From Chiloscyllium plagiosum (Eukaryota), in contig NC_057718.1 in NCBI RefSeq assembly GCF_004010195.1, positions 9,286,676-9,350,675 of the forward strand: 64,000 bases of DNA. Direction: 5' to 3'. The position numbers and the translations under genes were made by a program. A model generated the notes under the pieces. That model saw only the letters and a program-made list of their open reading frames with translations, was not told the origin of the DNA and did no database searches. Of this stretch, positions 24,130-37,039 are shown piece by piece; positions within the stretch are counted from its first letter, which is position 1, and the number at the start of each line of letters is the position of its first letter.

Positions 24130-24770
24130 TCAGGATGGTTTGTGCCTTGGAGGGAAATTTACAGGGGGGTGTCTGCTGCCCTCATCTTTTGAAAGTGGTA
24201 GTGGTCCCATGTTTGGAAGGTGCTGGCTGAGGAGCCTTGGGTGCAGTGAACCTTGTAAATGGTACATGCTGCTGCTATTGAGGGTCAGTGGTGGAGGGAG
24301 TGGACATTGAAGTTGGTGCAATGGGAGCCAACCAAATGAGCTGCTTTGTCCTGGATGGTGTTGAGCTTCTTGAATGTTGTTAGAGCTGCACCCATCCAGG
24401 TAAGTGGGGAGTATTCCAAAGCACTCCTGACTTGTGCCTTGTCGATGGTGAACAGGGACAATGAATCTCAATATTTTATCTCAAGAGGTGTATGAAAAGA
24501 TTTGCTTCAGAAAATGGTTTTGTCTGAGTCACGCAGGAAGATTTCGGCTTCAGCACATCTCCGCAGAAGTTCCTCAGGGCAGTGTCCTAGGCCCAACTAT
24601 CTCCAGTTGCTTCATCAATGACTTTCCCTCCATCATATGGTCAGAAGTGGGGATGTTTGCTGATGATTGCACAATGTTCAGCACTGTTCACAACTCATCA
24701 GTTACTGAAGCAGTCCATGTTCAAATGCAGCAAGACCTGGACAGTATTCAAGCTTGAGTTGACAAATGGC
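24130..24770. mobile_element. Second CR1/L2-group LINE family: 3' part on minus (24130-24455), RT part on plus (24550-24770)
   Basis: [21 protein letters not shown]...GMFADDCTMF on +; KAQVRS..EYSPL.WMGAA..KKLNTIQDKAA on -. Confidence 0.8.
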
Positions 24771-25249
24771 AAAAAAGAACCATATGAAGACATAACAGTT
24801 TTCTTGGAGACATTGAGTGCTGTCAGCAGCCATTTTATTCAGATCACTAACGTGGTCATTACACGGAGGGAAGTTCCAAACCCTAAACAGGTCAGGAGTT
24901 TGTGAGGGAGAACAGTTACTCACAAGGAACTAAAGGGCAAAACCACAAGAAGGAGAGAAAGGGTGAAAGAGAAAAAGGCAGTGGGAGAAAGGAAAATTGG
25001 AGATATGCAAACATACAACTTAGAAGCAGAAGTAGCCCATTCAGTCCCTCAAGAACACTGCTCCATTCAAAAAAACCATGGCTGACCTGTCAGTGTTTTG
25101 AATTCCACATCCCATCTACCTCAATAATCTTTAATACCCCTGCCCAACAAAATGGAGGTCCTTGAGCGTGAAGAGAATAGAGTGTGAGAAAGAAAGAGAG
25201 AAGTGAATGAGGAAAAGAATGTCATAGAAAAGGGAAAAAGTATTCTTAC

Positions 25250-25607
25250 ATACGGATGAGGAGGAAACCACTTCTACTGGGACAACACATCCATCCTAGG
25301 ACAAACAGACACGCACGAGAACTCTTAGAAGCATGACATTCCAACCAGAAGTCTTTTACCACCCCCTGAGAAAAAGAACAGGAAATGTCATCACCATAGG
25401 AAATTATATCACCACTGGAAATAACATCACCAACTCAAGGAAACCAAAACACATAAATAGAAAGCGGGCTACACCACCAGTGCTTCATTCGGAAGCTCAC
25501 TGAAGATGTTACCTAGCGTGGTGACGAAACATCTGAAAACAAACCTTCCAGCTCAGCGAGCAAATCTATATCCAGAACCTCAACCTGAGCTATAATTCTT
25601 CTCAAAC
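25250..25607 (+). mobile_element. PLE family C (Poseidon-like) 3' fragment
   Basis: WDNTSILGQ...RELLEA remnant homologous to 1-561, followed by a pLTR with hammerhead. Confidence 0.8.
25497..25536 (+). ncRNA. Minimal hammerhead ribozyme, family C
   Basis: tca-CTGAAGA-t-gttacc tagcgt ggtgac-GAAA-ca-TC-tga; stem I tca/tga. Confidence 0.75.
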
Positions 25608-26334
25608 AATTTATATCTGTGCAGGCCTCAAGTAGTGTCAAAGTGATTCAAATTCAAGGAAGTCACCGTTGTTAATGAAGGACCCTTGTTGAATGGGAGA
25701 GCAGACTTGATGGGCTGAATGCCCTACGTCTGCTCCTATGTCTTAAGGCCTTATGGGTCTTGCTGTTTCATAACCGCATTAATCAATTCACACAGCAGGA
25801 TCCCACAAACAGCAGTGTGATAATGAACAGATAATGTGCGTTATTGATGTTGGCTGAGGATCAGATGTTGACCAGGGTGCTTACTATCTCACAATCTAGA
25901 TCTGGAACCATTAACTACATCGGATTACATAGACTGCGCAGCACATCAACAAGCCATTCAGCCCAACTAATCTATACCAGAGACAGAAGAAAGGAGACCA
26001 TTCCAAGTAAACTAGTCATGACAGCAATGAGCTACAATTGAAAACAAAATGCTCATGCAGATGTTTTGTTGTTGGGACCCATCACCAAATGAAAAAGAGC
26101 AGATTAGCCTTTTTGAATACCAAATATGTTTTGAAGCACGTACATTGGCTAACTGTTACAAATGGTTATCCAAGGCTCCTTCCATCTCCCCTGATCTGAT
26201 TCTATCTGTATTGACTCTCCATTCCCTTCTCTCCCACCGAGCCTCCCTTTAAATGCTTCTATTTGACTCCTTTCAACCACTATGTTCCCCATTCTCATTA
26301 AAACACAAGCTACCTCATTACAAACCAACCTTCA

Positions 26335-26650
26335 GTAGATGCAGGGAGGATGTCTCCCTGGCTGTAGTGTCTAGAACCAGGAGGACATAGTGTCAGGATA
26401 CGGGGAAGATGATTTGGGACTGAGATGTGGAAACGTTTCTTCACTCTTCAACCGGGGATATTCACTACCACTGAAAGCTCTGGGGACCAGTCACTGAATA
26501 TATTTAAGAAAGACTTTGATAAAGTTTTAGATCTTAAAGGCGCGGATAAGTATGGGGAGAAAGTGGGAATATTGCATTGAAATAAAGGATCAGCCATGAT
26601 CATATTGAAGGCTGGAAGGGTCCTCTTGCTCCTAGTGTTTCTATTAGGAA
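26335..26650 (+). mobile_element. CR1 3' fragment
   Basis: gtagatgcagggaggatg..., gactgagatg.ggaaacgtttcttcactc, ggatcagccatgatcatattgaa. Confidence 0.7.
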
Positions 26651-26771
26651 CCTCCAATATGATGATTCATTTCTAGTTGGATTTACAGTTCCCAGGATAA
26701 TTCTGTGCACTTGAAGCAAGCTTCTACACAGGACCATGAAATGAACAACAAGGTTGAGTCTGTTTGATATT

Positions 26772-27318
26772 AGTGAATTTTGAGAAGATTTGTAGCTCAG
26801 CTTGAGGTTCTGGATATAGGTTTGCTCGCTGAGCTGGAAGGTTCATTTCAGATGTTTCGTCACCCTACTAGGTAACATCTTCAATGAGCTTTCAGATGCA
26901 GCACTGCTGATTAGATTAGATTACATTACAGCGTGGAAACAGGCCCTTCGGCCCAACAAGTCCACACCGACCCGCCGAAGCGCAACCCACCCATACCCTT
27001 ACATTTGCCCCTTACCTAACACTACGGACAATTTAGCACGGCCAATTCACCTGACCTGCACATCTTTGGACTGTGGGAGGAAACCGGAGCACCCGGAGGA
27101 AATCCACGCAGACACGGGGAGAACATCCAAACTCCACACAGTCAGTCGCCTGAGGCGGGAATTGAACCCGGGTCTCAGGCACTGTGAGGCAGCAGTGCTA
27201 ACCACTGTGCCACCGTGCCGCCCACATGTTTCCTATTTATGTGTTTGGGTTTGTTTAGGTTGGTGTTGTCATTTCCTGTCCTGAAAATGAACCTTTCAGC
27301 TCAGCGAGCAAACCTACA
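26772..27318 (-). mobile_element. PLE family C hairpin element interrupted by an HE1 SINE
   Basis: Perfect 13-bp TSD tctgtttgatatt (26759-26771 and 27319-27331). Long arm on minus; short inverted arm 27281-27320. Confidence 0.85.
26911..27225 (-). mobile_element. HE1-type V-SINE, young full-length copy
   Basis: Close reverse complement of 8282-8616, including the (aatct)n tail. Confidence 0.92.
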
Positions 27319-27809
27319 TCTGTTTGATATTGTTTTGTTGCTATTAGTACAAAACTAACAAGCTGCTCATTTACATCTCATGCCATGGCTTGCTAAGCAC
27401 CTAGTTGAAGTGTAAGAACCCAACACACAGGACCCTCTGATTTAGAATCTTATCTGAGGAGCTTTGCTGCAAATACCATGGCATTCCCTCGTTATGGCCC
27501 AAATATTGTGTTCAACACCATCAGGTTGCAGAATGCTACAAACTGAGTCCCACTGCAAGAACAGCTTCCATTTATGTAGCGCCCTTAACGGGAACACATC
27601 CTGAAGTAATTTGCAAGAGGGCAGTCAATCTTGGATCGAGTATCGACAACAGAGCTGAATTCCCAGGGGTGAATTGAGAGTTGACTGCCCCTGACATAAA
27701 GTTTGCATTTGACCAGATTTCAAGGATCTCCAACCAATCTGGAAGTCAGTGGGAATCGGGGAGGGAGGGAGGGGGGGTGGCTGTAGCTAGTCAGAGTCAT
27801 TCCTGGCAC

Positions 27810-29075
27810 ACACTGGAAGATGGTTGTGATTGTTGGAAGTCAAATCATTTCACCTCCAGGAGATCTCTGCAGGAGTTCCTCAAGGTAGTCTGCTGTTTTG
27901 TCAGTGACAGTTCCCTCTCATAAGGTCAGAAGTGGGAATATTCGCGGATGATTGCACAATATTCAGCACCATTCATGACTCCTCAGATACTAAAACACGA
28001 CCTGGGCAATATCCAGGTGTAGGCTGACACCACACAAGTTGCAGACAATGACCATCTCCAGCAACTGAAAATCTAACCATTGTCCCTCGATGTTTAATGG
28101 CACTGCCATTGCTGAATCTCCTCCTATCAACATCTTGGGGATTACCATGGATCAGAAACTCAACTGAACCAAACAGAAAAATACAGTGGCTATAAAAGCA
28201 GGTCAGAGGCTAGGAATCCTGCAGCAAATTATCCACCTCCTGACTCCCCAAAGCCTGTCCACCATCTGCAGGGCACAAGTCAGGAGTGTGATGGAATACT
28301 CCCCACTCGCCTGGAATGGTGCAGCTCCAGCAACACTCAAGAAGCTTGACACCATCCAGAACAAAGCAGCCCCTGCTTGATTGCCACCACATCCACAAGC
28401 ATCCACTCCCTCCATCACTGACGCTCAATAGCAGCAGTGTATACCAGCTTCTAGACGCACCAAAAATCCTTAGATAGCACCCTCCAAGCTCACAAACATT
28501 GCCATCAGAAGGACAAGATCTCCCATTTGAAAATCCCCCTCCAAGCCACTCACCATTCTGACTTGGAAATACAGGTATATAATCCTTTATCTGAAATTCT
28601 GAAATCAGAAAAGCTCCGAAATCTGAATGTTTATCGTGGAGTGTGGAGCGTCATTTTGTCAAGTGAACAGGTGATCCAATTCCACACCCACTCAAACCAT
28701 GTCACACAGTTGAGACGCGACGGTGTGGCCCAGCACTGGCAGGTGTTAATTGTATCTCCGCACTCATACTATTCACACGTACATCTGCTGTTAGGTCATT
28801 TTTTTAAAATTTCACTGTGAAAATGTCCAAAAAATTCTGAATTCCAAAAAACAGCTGGCCCTAAGGGTCTCAGATAAAGGATTGTGTACCTGTGTAGCCC
28901 TGTTCTTTCAGTGTTGCTGGGTCAAATTCCTGGAATTCCCTCCCTCATGGCACTATGGAGCAGTTCAAGAAGGCAGCTCACCACCACCACCACCACCTTC
29001 TCAAGGGCAACTAGGGATGGGCAATAAATGCTGGCCTAGTCAGCAACACTCTTATCCCACGAATGAATAAAAATT
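27810..29075 (+). mobile_element. Second CR1/L2-group LINE family, RT to 3' end
   Basis: ORF 28186-28380 (AQVRSVMEYSPLAWNGAAPATLKKLDTIQNKAA); 3' end caagggcaactagggatgggcaataaatgctggcc...gaatgaataaaa. Confidence 0.85.
28572..28892. mobile_element. Non-autonomous Tc1/mariner-pogo (Tigger-like) MITE
   Basis: 23-bp terminal inverted repeats caggtatataatcctttatctga / tcagataaaggattgtgtacctg (21/23); TA on the left, TG on the right. Confidence 0.8.
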
Positions 29076-29724
29076 AAATTAAATGCGCCAGAACAAATGG
29101 CCAAACACTTGGTCAACATAAATAAGGAGGAACATGGGGCAAGGAGAGGGGAAGAGAATCAGGGAAGGGAATTATGGAGCTTAGAGCTTAAACAATTGAA
29201 AACGTGGCCATCAATGAAGGAGTAAATATAGAACATTGATTATTACAGCCCAGTACAGGCCCTTTGGCCTTACCGACCCAAGTGGTATATACAGAATGAA
29301 AGCACTCCAGAGATCTCAGAGGGTTTAATTTGTTACCTCAACTCCTGACCAATCCAAAACACTTTTGGCTAGTCTTTCACATTCTATCTGCAGTGATTAT
29401 CCAAATCACTGCTATCCATGTCCAAACTCACACCAGGTCCTGTTTGCTGTACATTCTCACCCCATTTTGCGCCAACTAATATGCATCACCCCCAAGCGAG
29501 CAGTGGATCTGTCATGGGCTTTCTCCTCCCAACCTCTGTCATCTCCTCCATCCCCACAACTCTCTGAGATACCAGTGTTTCTCTAACTCTGGCCATTTGA
29601 GAATCCCTGATCAACTTTGCTGGCTTAACCTTCAGTGACCCCAACCGCAAGCTCTGAAATACACTCCCCTTCTCTGCCTCTCTCCTTCTCTTTACTCCTT
29701 TCAGATGTGCTTTAAAACATTAAG

Positions 29725-30260
29725 ACTGTGTCCGGTTCCAGTCGCCCTGTTATCGCAAGGTTGTCATTAAGTTAGAGAGGGTTCAGAAGAGATATATCAG
29801 GATGTTGTCAGGAATGGAGGGATTGAGTTAGAAGGAGAGGTTGGATAGGCTGGGACTTCTTTCATTGGATTGTAGGACGTTCAGGAGTGACCTTATAGAG
29901 ATTCATAAAATCATGAGGGGGTAAGATGAATGGCAGGTGTCTCTTCCCTAAGATGGGGGATTTCAAAACCAGGGTGAGGGTGAGCGGAGAAAGATTTTAA
30001 AAGGTCATGAGGGGCAATGTTTTTACACAGACAGTAGTTCATGTACGGAATGAACTTTGAGAGGAAGTGATGGATACAGGTACGGTTACAACATTTAAAA
30101 GTATATGAAAGGATTTAAAAGGATAAGTATATGAATAAAAAATGTTTGGAGGGATATGAGCCAAGTGCAGGCAGGTGGGATGAGTTTCGTTTGGGATTAT
30201 GGTCGACATGGACTGGTTGGAGCGAAGGCTCTGTTTCCGTGCTCTATGACTTTGTAAGTC
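29725..30260 (+). mobile_element. CR1 3' fragment
   Basis: gggttcagaaga...gagtgaccttatagagattcataaaatcatg...ctgtttccgtgctctatgac. Confidence 0.85.
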
Positions 30261-31394
30261 TATATCGTTGACTAAGCTTTTATTAATTTATAGTAATATC
30301 GCCTTCTATTATGTAGTATCTAATTTTGCTTTATGAACATCCTGTGGAGCACTTTGGGATATTTTATTACTTTAAAGGTGCTACAGAAATGCAAGTTTGC
30401 AGAATCACACGGGTCTTATGAAGCAGAGAAGGCCGTTTAGCCCACTCTGCCAACACTGGCTCTTCAAACGAGTGTCAGTACCTAGTGCCAACCTCCTGCT
30501 TTCTCCCCTTATCATTGCACTTCATTGGTAAACCAAATGTCTGCTGGAGTGCCTCGACTGTAAACCGTTGTCAGGTGATAGGAGGCTACTAAAAGCAGAA
30601 TGGGTATATAAGACCATTAGGTCAAGACTTTTCGAACTCAGAGAGATATTGCCAAACCAGGATGTAATGTAGGTCAGCGAACCTGCGAAGGGCTGGTTGC
30701 TGTGCTGCCACCCTCTAACTGGCGGAGAGGCGACTGAAGACGAATGGATGAGGCAGCAACCTAATGACAGGCAGCAGCATCCTCATTTGCTGGTGTAAGG
30801 TGGCATTCAGCTCCACAAGACAGGAGCCCTGAAGGAATTATTCATTGGCGTCATTGCATGTGTCAAGACAAAAGCAAGAAACAAATTGCTTATTGTCACT
30901 GCCTAAATCTATTAAACCAGAAATAGCAGCACCCAGCAACGTTAAATTAAACAGCACAGAGAGCTGGCAACAACACAGCATTGTTACTGAACTCAGACTT
31001 GCACATGCATGTAATTTTCCATTTAACTAACGACTGACCAGGAATAGATTTTTCTTCTCTTTCTGTCTGCACTACAGCCTGATTTAAAATTATAATTTCA
31101 GATAATTTAGCAACTTTAATATATTAAAGAGTGCCTGCGAGTGCTCTAACTCTCCACCAATCCCCACCTCCCGCACCACAGGATTGCGCTCAGAACATGC
31201 TCCTGTTGTTAGAGGCAGAGTCACTGCTCCACATGAACCTTCAGAGCTATTGACGACTCACTGATGCTCGACGCAATGGCTGATCAATCCATTATTAATT
31301 AATGAAGCACCAAATCAATTTGTTAATTCTGAATGGATAGGATCGGGCCATTTCACACTGTAGGCCAGCTCCACTTAGTACCATTGGACCTTGG

Positions 31395-31905
31395 GCCATA
31401 AGAAACAGATACAGGAGTAGGCCATTCGGCCCTTTGAGCCTATTCTACCAGTCAATAAGACATGGCAATTCCAACATTCCTCATGTCCACTTTCCTGCCC
31501 TTTCCCCTCGATTCCCCAACTAATCACAAATCTATCTCTCTCTGCCTTAAGTATAGAGTCATAGAGTAATACAGCATGGAAACAGGCCCTTTGGCCCAAA
31601 CTGCCCCATGCTGGCCATGGTGCCCACTCAGCTTGTTCCAATTGCTCGCCTTTACTCCATTTCCGTCTAAACCCTTTCCCCTTGGTACCTATCCAAATGT
31701 TTTTTTAAAATGTATAAATGCTTATACATACACAAGGACTCTGTCCCCACAGCTCTCTCTGTGGCAAGGAGTTCCAAAGACTCTCAACCCACTGGGAGAA
31801 GAAATTCTTCCTCATCTCAGTCTTAAATTGGTGCCCCTTTATTGTAAGCCTTTGCACTCTGGTCCTAGATTCTCCCATGAGAGGAGGTTTCCTCTCAACA
31901 TTTAA
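31395..31905 (-). mobile_element. Nested CR1 3' fragments (inner copy ~31555-31715)
   Basis: Two different CR1 3' UTRs on minus; the inner one starts agagtcatagag. Confidence 0.75.
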
Positions 31906-32244
31906 ACTGTAATGAACTCATGATGGTGGCTCAGCCAACCATCAGAGTAACGGAGAATCCTACGGACCTGGTAGGTCATGGAACTGATTAATGGTGAGTG
32001 CTCTCAGCCAGCTGATGGTAAGACAGTATTCCTGGAAAATAGAAGCTGTTAATGAACCATTCTGTCTTGCACTCATCAGAACACATGCAAGAATGCCAAA
32101 TTTCAAACTTACGATCTCTAGTGCTGATCATAGCATTACTTTTCTAATTCTTTTTTTCCCTGAGAATTTGTACTTAAGAATCTGTACCTCGGTACCTTGT
32201 ACTTAAGATGGTGCCCTAAGTGGCAACTTGTAAACTTGATGTAT

Positions 32245-33340
32245 GAGGAGAGATGAGTCGCAGGTCGTTAGGATAGTGAGGAAGGCGTTTGGTATGCTTT
32301 CCTTTATTGGTCAGAGTATTGAGTACAGGAGTTGGGAGATCATGTTACAGCTGTACAGGACATTGGTTAGGCCACTGTTGGAATATTACTTGCAATTCTG
32401 GTCTCCTTCTATCAGAAAGGTGTTGTGAAACTTGAAAGGGTTCAGAAAAGATTTACAACAATGTTGCCAGGGTTAGAGGATTTGAACTATAGGGAGAGGC
32501 TGAACAGGCTGGGACTATTTTCCCTAAAGCATCGGAGGCTGAGGGGTGACCTTATAGTGGTTTACAAAATAATGAGAGGCATGGATAGGGTAAATAGACA
32601 AAGTCTTTTCCCTGGGGTGGGGGTAGTCCAGTACTAGAGGGCATAGTATTAGGGTGAGAGGGGAAAGATATAAAAGAGACCTACGGGTCAACTTTTTCAC
32701 ACAGAGAGTGGTACGTATATGGAATGAGCTGCCAGAGGAAGTGGTGGAAGCTGGTACAATTGCAACATTTAAGAGGCATTTGGATGGGTATATGAATAGG
32801 AAGGATTTGGAGGGATACGGGCCGGGTGCTGGCAGGTGGGACTAGATTGGGTTGGGATATCTGGTCGGCATGGACGGGTTGGACCAAAAGGTCTGTTTCC
32901 ATGCTGTACATCTCTATGACTCTATGACTCGGTTAGGATTGTTTTCACTGGAGTTCAGATGAATGAGGAGGAGATCACATAGAGACTCATAAAATTCTAA
33001 CAGGACTGGACAGGGTAGATGCAGAGAGGATGTCCTGATGGTGGGTCTGGGGATCTCAGTCTGAGGATTTGCGGTGGACCATTTAGGACAGAGATGAGGA
33101 GACATTTTTTCACCCAAAAAGTGATGAGCCTGTGGGATTCATGACCACAGGAAGTAGTTGATGCCAAAACATTGAATGCATTCAAGAGGCAACTAGGTAT
33201 AGCACTTGGGGCAAATGGGTTCAAAGGTTAAGGGGAGAATGCAGGATTAGGCTATTAGTTGGATGATCAGCCAAGATCATGATGAATGGTGGTGCAGGAT
33301 TGAAGGGCTGAATATTCTCCTCCTGCTCCTATCTTCTATG
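32245..33340 (+). mobile_element. Two adjacent CR1 3' fragments inside a Rex-like 3' UTR remnant
   Basis: ORFs LYRTLVRPLLEY, RRLRGDLI and FFTQRVVRIWNELP; (tctatgac)n tail at ~32912-32930. Confidence 0.9.
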
Positions 33341-33839
33341 TTTTCACTGTATTCATGTGAATACATGGGACAATAGAGCTAATTCTAATTCTAATTCCTT
33401 TGCAACCAAGAGGAATATGTCCAAGCCTTGCATATTTCTCAATTAGCCTGGATTATGTGGGGCCAATTGTTCCCTACTGTTTTCTTCATGCCAACCCTAT
33501 GGCCAGCACTTGCCCAACCAATCTGCACCCATTTCTCCTGTGCTTCAAATGTGATTGTTGAAATTTGGCATTCTTGCAAATATCCTGATGAGTGCGAGAC
33601 AAAAAACCTCATCAACGTGTCATTCCTTTCAATAAGGGTCCAGGTCTGTATGACCCTGAGTCTGTCAGTTGGGGAACAGTAATTTTGCTACAATCATAGC
33701 TCAGAGGTTTGGAGGTCAGTGGGCAGTTTGAGAATTTAAATACAGTTGAACTAAAAAAAAACTGGTGTCAGCAAATCTGACCATCAATGTTGTCAGATGG
33801 TCTTAAATCTTCAAGAGAAGGAATCCTGTCACTCACACA

Positions 33840-33970
33840 AGATTTGTAGCTCAGGTTGAGGTTCTGGATTTAGGTTTGCTAGCTGAGCTGGAAGATTTGT
33901 TTTCAGACTTGCTGTCACCATACTAGGTGACAACTTCAGTAAGCCTCCGGATGAAACGCTGGTGATGTAG
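33840..33970 (-). mobile_element. PLE family C pLTR fragment, degenerate hammerhead
   Basis: Matches 26788-26910 (gatttgtagctcaggttgaggttctggat...gtcaccatactaggtgaca). Confidence 0.8.
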
Positions 33971-34349
33971 TCTGGGCTTTTGTGCTCTTCCAGTATTACA
34001 CTGACATGGCTGTGTTCAAACACCTGGAACTGGCAATGCAGTAACTCAGTTATTCCATACATGCACCCAATTTGGCGAATACAGAGTGGGAAGTAAGTGA
34101 TGCCCTTGTTCCGAAGTGTAATTTAACAGAAATGGAGGTGGCTATGGTGATTAAGCACTTCTCAATTGGGAGAGCTAAATAAAATGAATCTAATGTTTTC
34201 GCCAAGCTGTTTCTCCGTTATGTCCTCTTGGAAAGTTCCATGGTGGATAGGTTTTCAAATGGCAGTGAAATATCCTGCAATTAAATAGCTTGCCATCTCC
34301 CACCACCGTCACAAAATGCCAGGTGGCACCACCTCGACTTCAAACTAGT

Positions 34350-34760
34350 TTTTTTTCTTGCCTTTCCGGAGTTGTTAGCACCATTGGTATTTATTACCCA
34401 TCCCTAAGTGAGAGGGTGGCTGTGAGTTCGTCAACCACTGTAGTGCATGTGGTAGAGATACACCCACTGTACAGTTTAGGAGTAAGTTCCAGGATTTTGA
34501 CCCACTAACTGTGAAGGAGCACTGATATTTTCCAAGTCAGGATGGTGAGTGACTCGGAGGGGAACCTGAGGTGGAGCGACTGTATCTGCTGCCCTTGTCC
34601 TCCTCTGTGATAGAGGTCATGACTTTGGAACACACTATTGAAAGGGCTTGGCCAAACGCTGCAGAGCACCTAATAAACGGTACACAGTATGAGGTGGTGG
34701 TGATGGTGTCAGAAACTTTTAAGTGTCATTGGAGCTACACTCCATCAGGCCAAGTGGTGC
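34350..34760 (-). mobile_element. Second LINE family, degraded 3' fragment
   Basis: gttccaggattttgaccca...ttccaagtcaggatggtgagtgact; further pieces at ~41860-42090 and 44200-44620. Confidence 0.65.
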
Positions 34761-35057
34761 ACAGGGACACTTCCACACTCCATGGCAACTTAATGGTGCA
34801 AATTCAGGCTCCTCTGGAAAGTTAGGCCTCTGTCACAACACTTGGATCGTCATGATGGACGATATTGAAACATTGGGCTTCACGTCATTACTGAATACTA
34901 ATGCTGTCAAAAGAATATGAGGAGATTGTAAAAAACAGCTTGGAGGTAGATGACCAGCCATGACCTTTGTGAAAAGTGCCCCAGGCCCAATGGACCAAAA
35001 GGTCTATTCCAACTCTCGTTGCTACCTTCCTAATAGATTTCTGAAGACGTATCTAAT

Positions 35058-35450
35058 TAGAGTCATTGAGCACAGAAACAGACCTTTTGGTTCATCTCAT
35101 CCATGTCGACCAAGTTTCCCAAAACTGCACTCGTCCCACTTGCCTGCATTTGATCCATATCCCTCTAAACCTTTTCTATTCATGTACCTGTCCAAATGTC
35201 TTTTAAAGTGTTGTAACTGTACCTGCATCTACCACTTGTCTGGTCATTCAAAACACATACGGAATACTCTCCATATAAAACCATTGCCCCTCAGATCCCT
35301 TCTAAATCTTTCTCCTCTCACCTTAAAAATATGCCACTTAGTTTTGAACTCCCCTATGCTGGAGAAAAGAACTTTGATATTCTATGCCCCTCATAATTTT
35401 ATAACCCTTTATTAGGTCACCTCTCAAACTCCTATGCTCCAGAGAAAATG
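35058..35450 (-). mobile_element. CR1 3' fragment
   Basis: Reverse complement of the CR1 3' end (cccacttgcctgcatttg.tccatatccctctaaacc). Confidence 0.85.
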
Positions 35451-35464
35451 CTGTTTAGAAATCA

Positions 35465-35782
35465 GAAAATCCCTACAGTATGAAAGCTGGCCATTCAGCC
35501 CATCGAGTGTACACCAACCCTTCAATGAGTGTCCCTCCTAGATCCACCCCTATAACCCTACATTTCTCATGGCTACCGACCTAGCCTGCACATCCCTGAA
35601 CACTATGGGGCAATTTAGCATGGCCAATTCAACTTCCCTGCACATCTTTGGACTGCGGGAGGAAACCGGAGCACCCGGAAGAAACCCACACAGACACGGG
35701 GAGAACGTACAAACTCCACACAGTCAGCCACCTGTGGGTGGAATTGAACTCAGTTTCCTGGCGCTGAGCCACGGTGCCACCC
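35465..35782 (-). mobile_element. HE1-type V-SINE
   Basis: gggaggaaaccggagcacccgga.gaaacccac V-domain on minus. Confidence 0.85.
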
Positions 35783-36526
35783 ATTACAACATTTTTTGAT
35801 GGCCTTAGCTCATGAAATGTACTTTAATCATTGAAGTTCTTTCTTTTAAACTGAATGAAAGGAGATATATTCACTTGGTATACTTCAAAATGGAGACCCA
35901 GTATGACAGTGCCTTCATTTCCAAGTCTGGCTTTTTCTTGTTGTTTATTTTTTTTTCCCTCTGGTAAGGCACAGAATCATGAAGGAATGAGTTAACAAAT
36001 TTTAAATTTTAAATTTCTCGGCACCAAAAAGCAGTGTGTCACCGAGGTGGTGACTAAAGGCGGCTGGAAATGTGTGTGGATCCATCACGACTCTCAATTC
36101 GAGGGAACCATCCACTTGGAAACTGGTTTCTGCTGCCTTGGTAACTTGGTTTACAGAAACAATCTGCATCACTGAGAAGAGAGATATGTTCCACTCATCA
36201 GGACAGACACAAGAATTGCACACGTCAATGGAAACAACCAATCACGAGAAAAGAGGCAATTTACCAACCCATCAGCACTCTTTTCTCATACAGTCTAAAT
36301 TGTTGCAACTTTTAATATTCTTGCATCCGTCCTGATGAGCGCAGGATGAACAGACTCAATTTTCTTTAGTACTACTTCAACTTGCGCTAACAACCAAGTA
36401 TTGTCCAAGCAACAAGCTGGTTATTCTTACACTATTTAAGAGAACTTCTCATGATGAACGATAAATCTGACCTAAAGGTTGTCCTAAGGCTTGTATAATG
36501 AGTGTAAGATAAAAGCCTATTAATGA

Positions 36527-36818
36527 TTAGGTTCCCTACAGCATGGGAACAGGCCCCTCAGCCCAACAAGTCCACACCGACCCTCCGAAGAGTAACCCAC
36601 CAATGCACCCAACATCTATGGGCAATTTAGCATGGCCAATTCACGTGACCTGCACATCTTTGGACTGTGGGAGGAAACCAGAGCACCCGGAGGAAACCCA
36701 CGCAGACATGGGGGAGAATGTGCAAACTCCACACTGATAGTCACCCAAGGTTGGAATTGAACCTGGGACCCTGGCACTGTGAGGCAGCAGTGCTAACCAA
36801 TGAGCCACCGTGCTGCCC
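36527..36818 (-). mobile_element. HE1-type V-SINE
   Basis: V-domain and tRNA-like head on minus. Confidence 0.88.
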
Positions 36819-37039
36819 TGAAATGCTGAGAATATATTGGGAATTTGTCTTTTCTCATTCTTTCTAAATAAATCCAGTTGATGACTGGGACTTAATGAGT
36901 AGCACTATCTCATCACGTGTGAGTCCTAAGCAAGATACCTAAAAACAAACTTTGGACTGACATTCTCAGGTAGTGGCTGCTCTGTCAGAGGTGCTGTCTT
37001 TCAAATCAGATGAAACTAAGTCTTGGTCTGACCACTTGG

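Noticed and set aside
30700..30725. CTCF-like motif tgctgccaccctctaactggcgg
   Set aside because: The spacing departs from the consensus and it cannot be supported without scoring or ChIP data.
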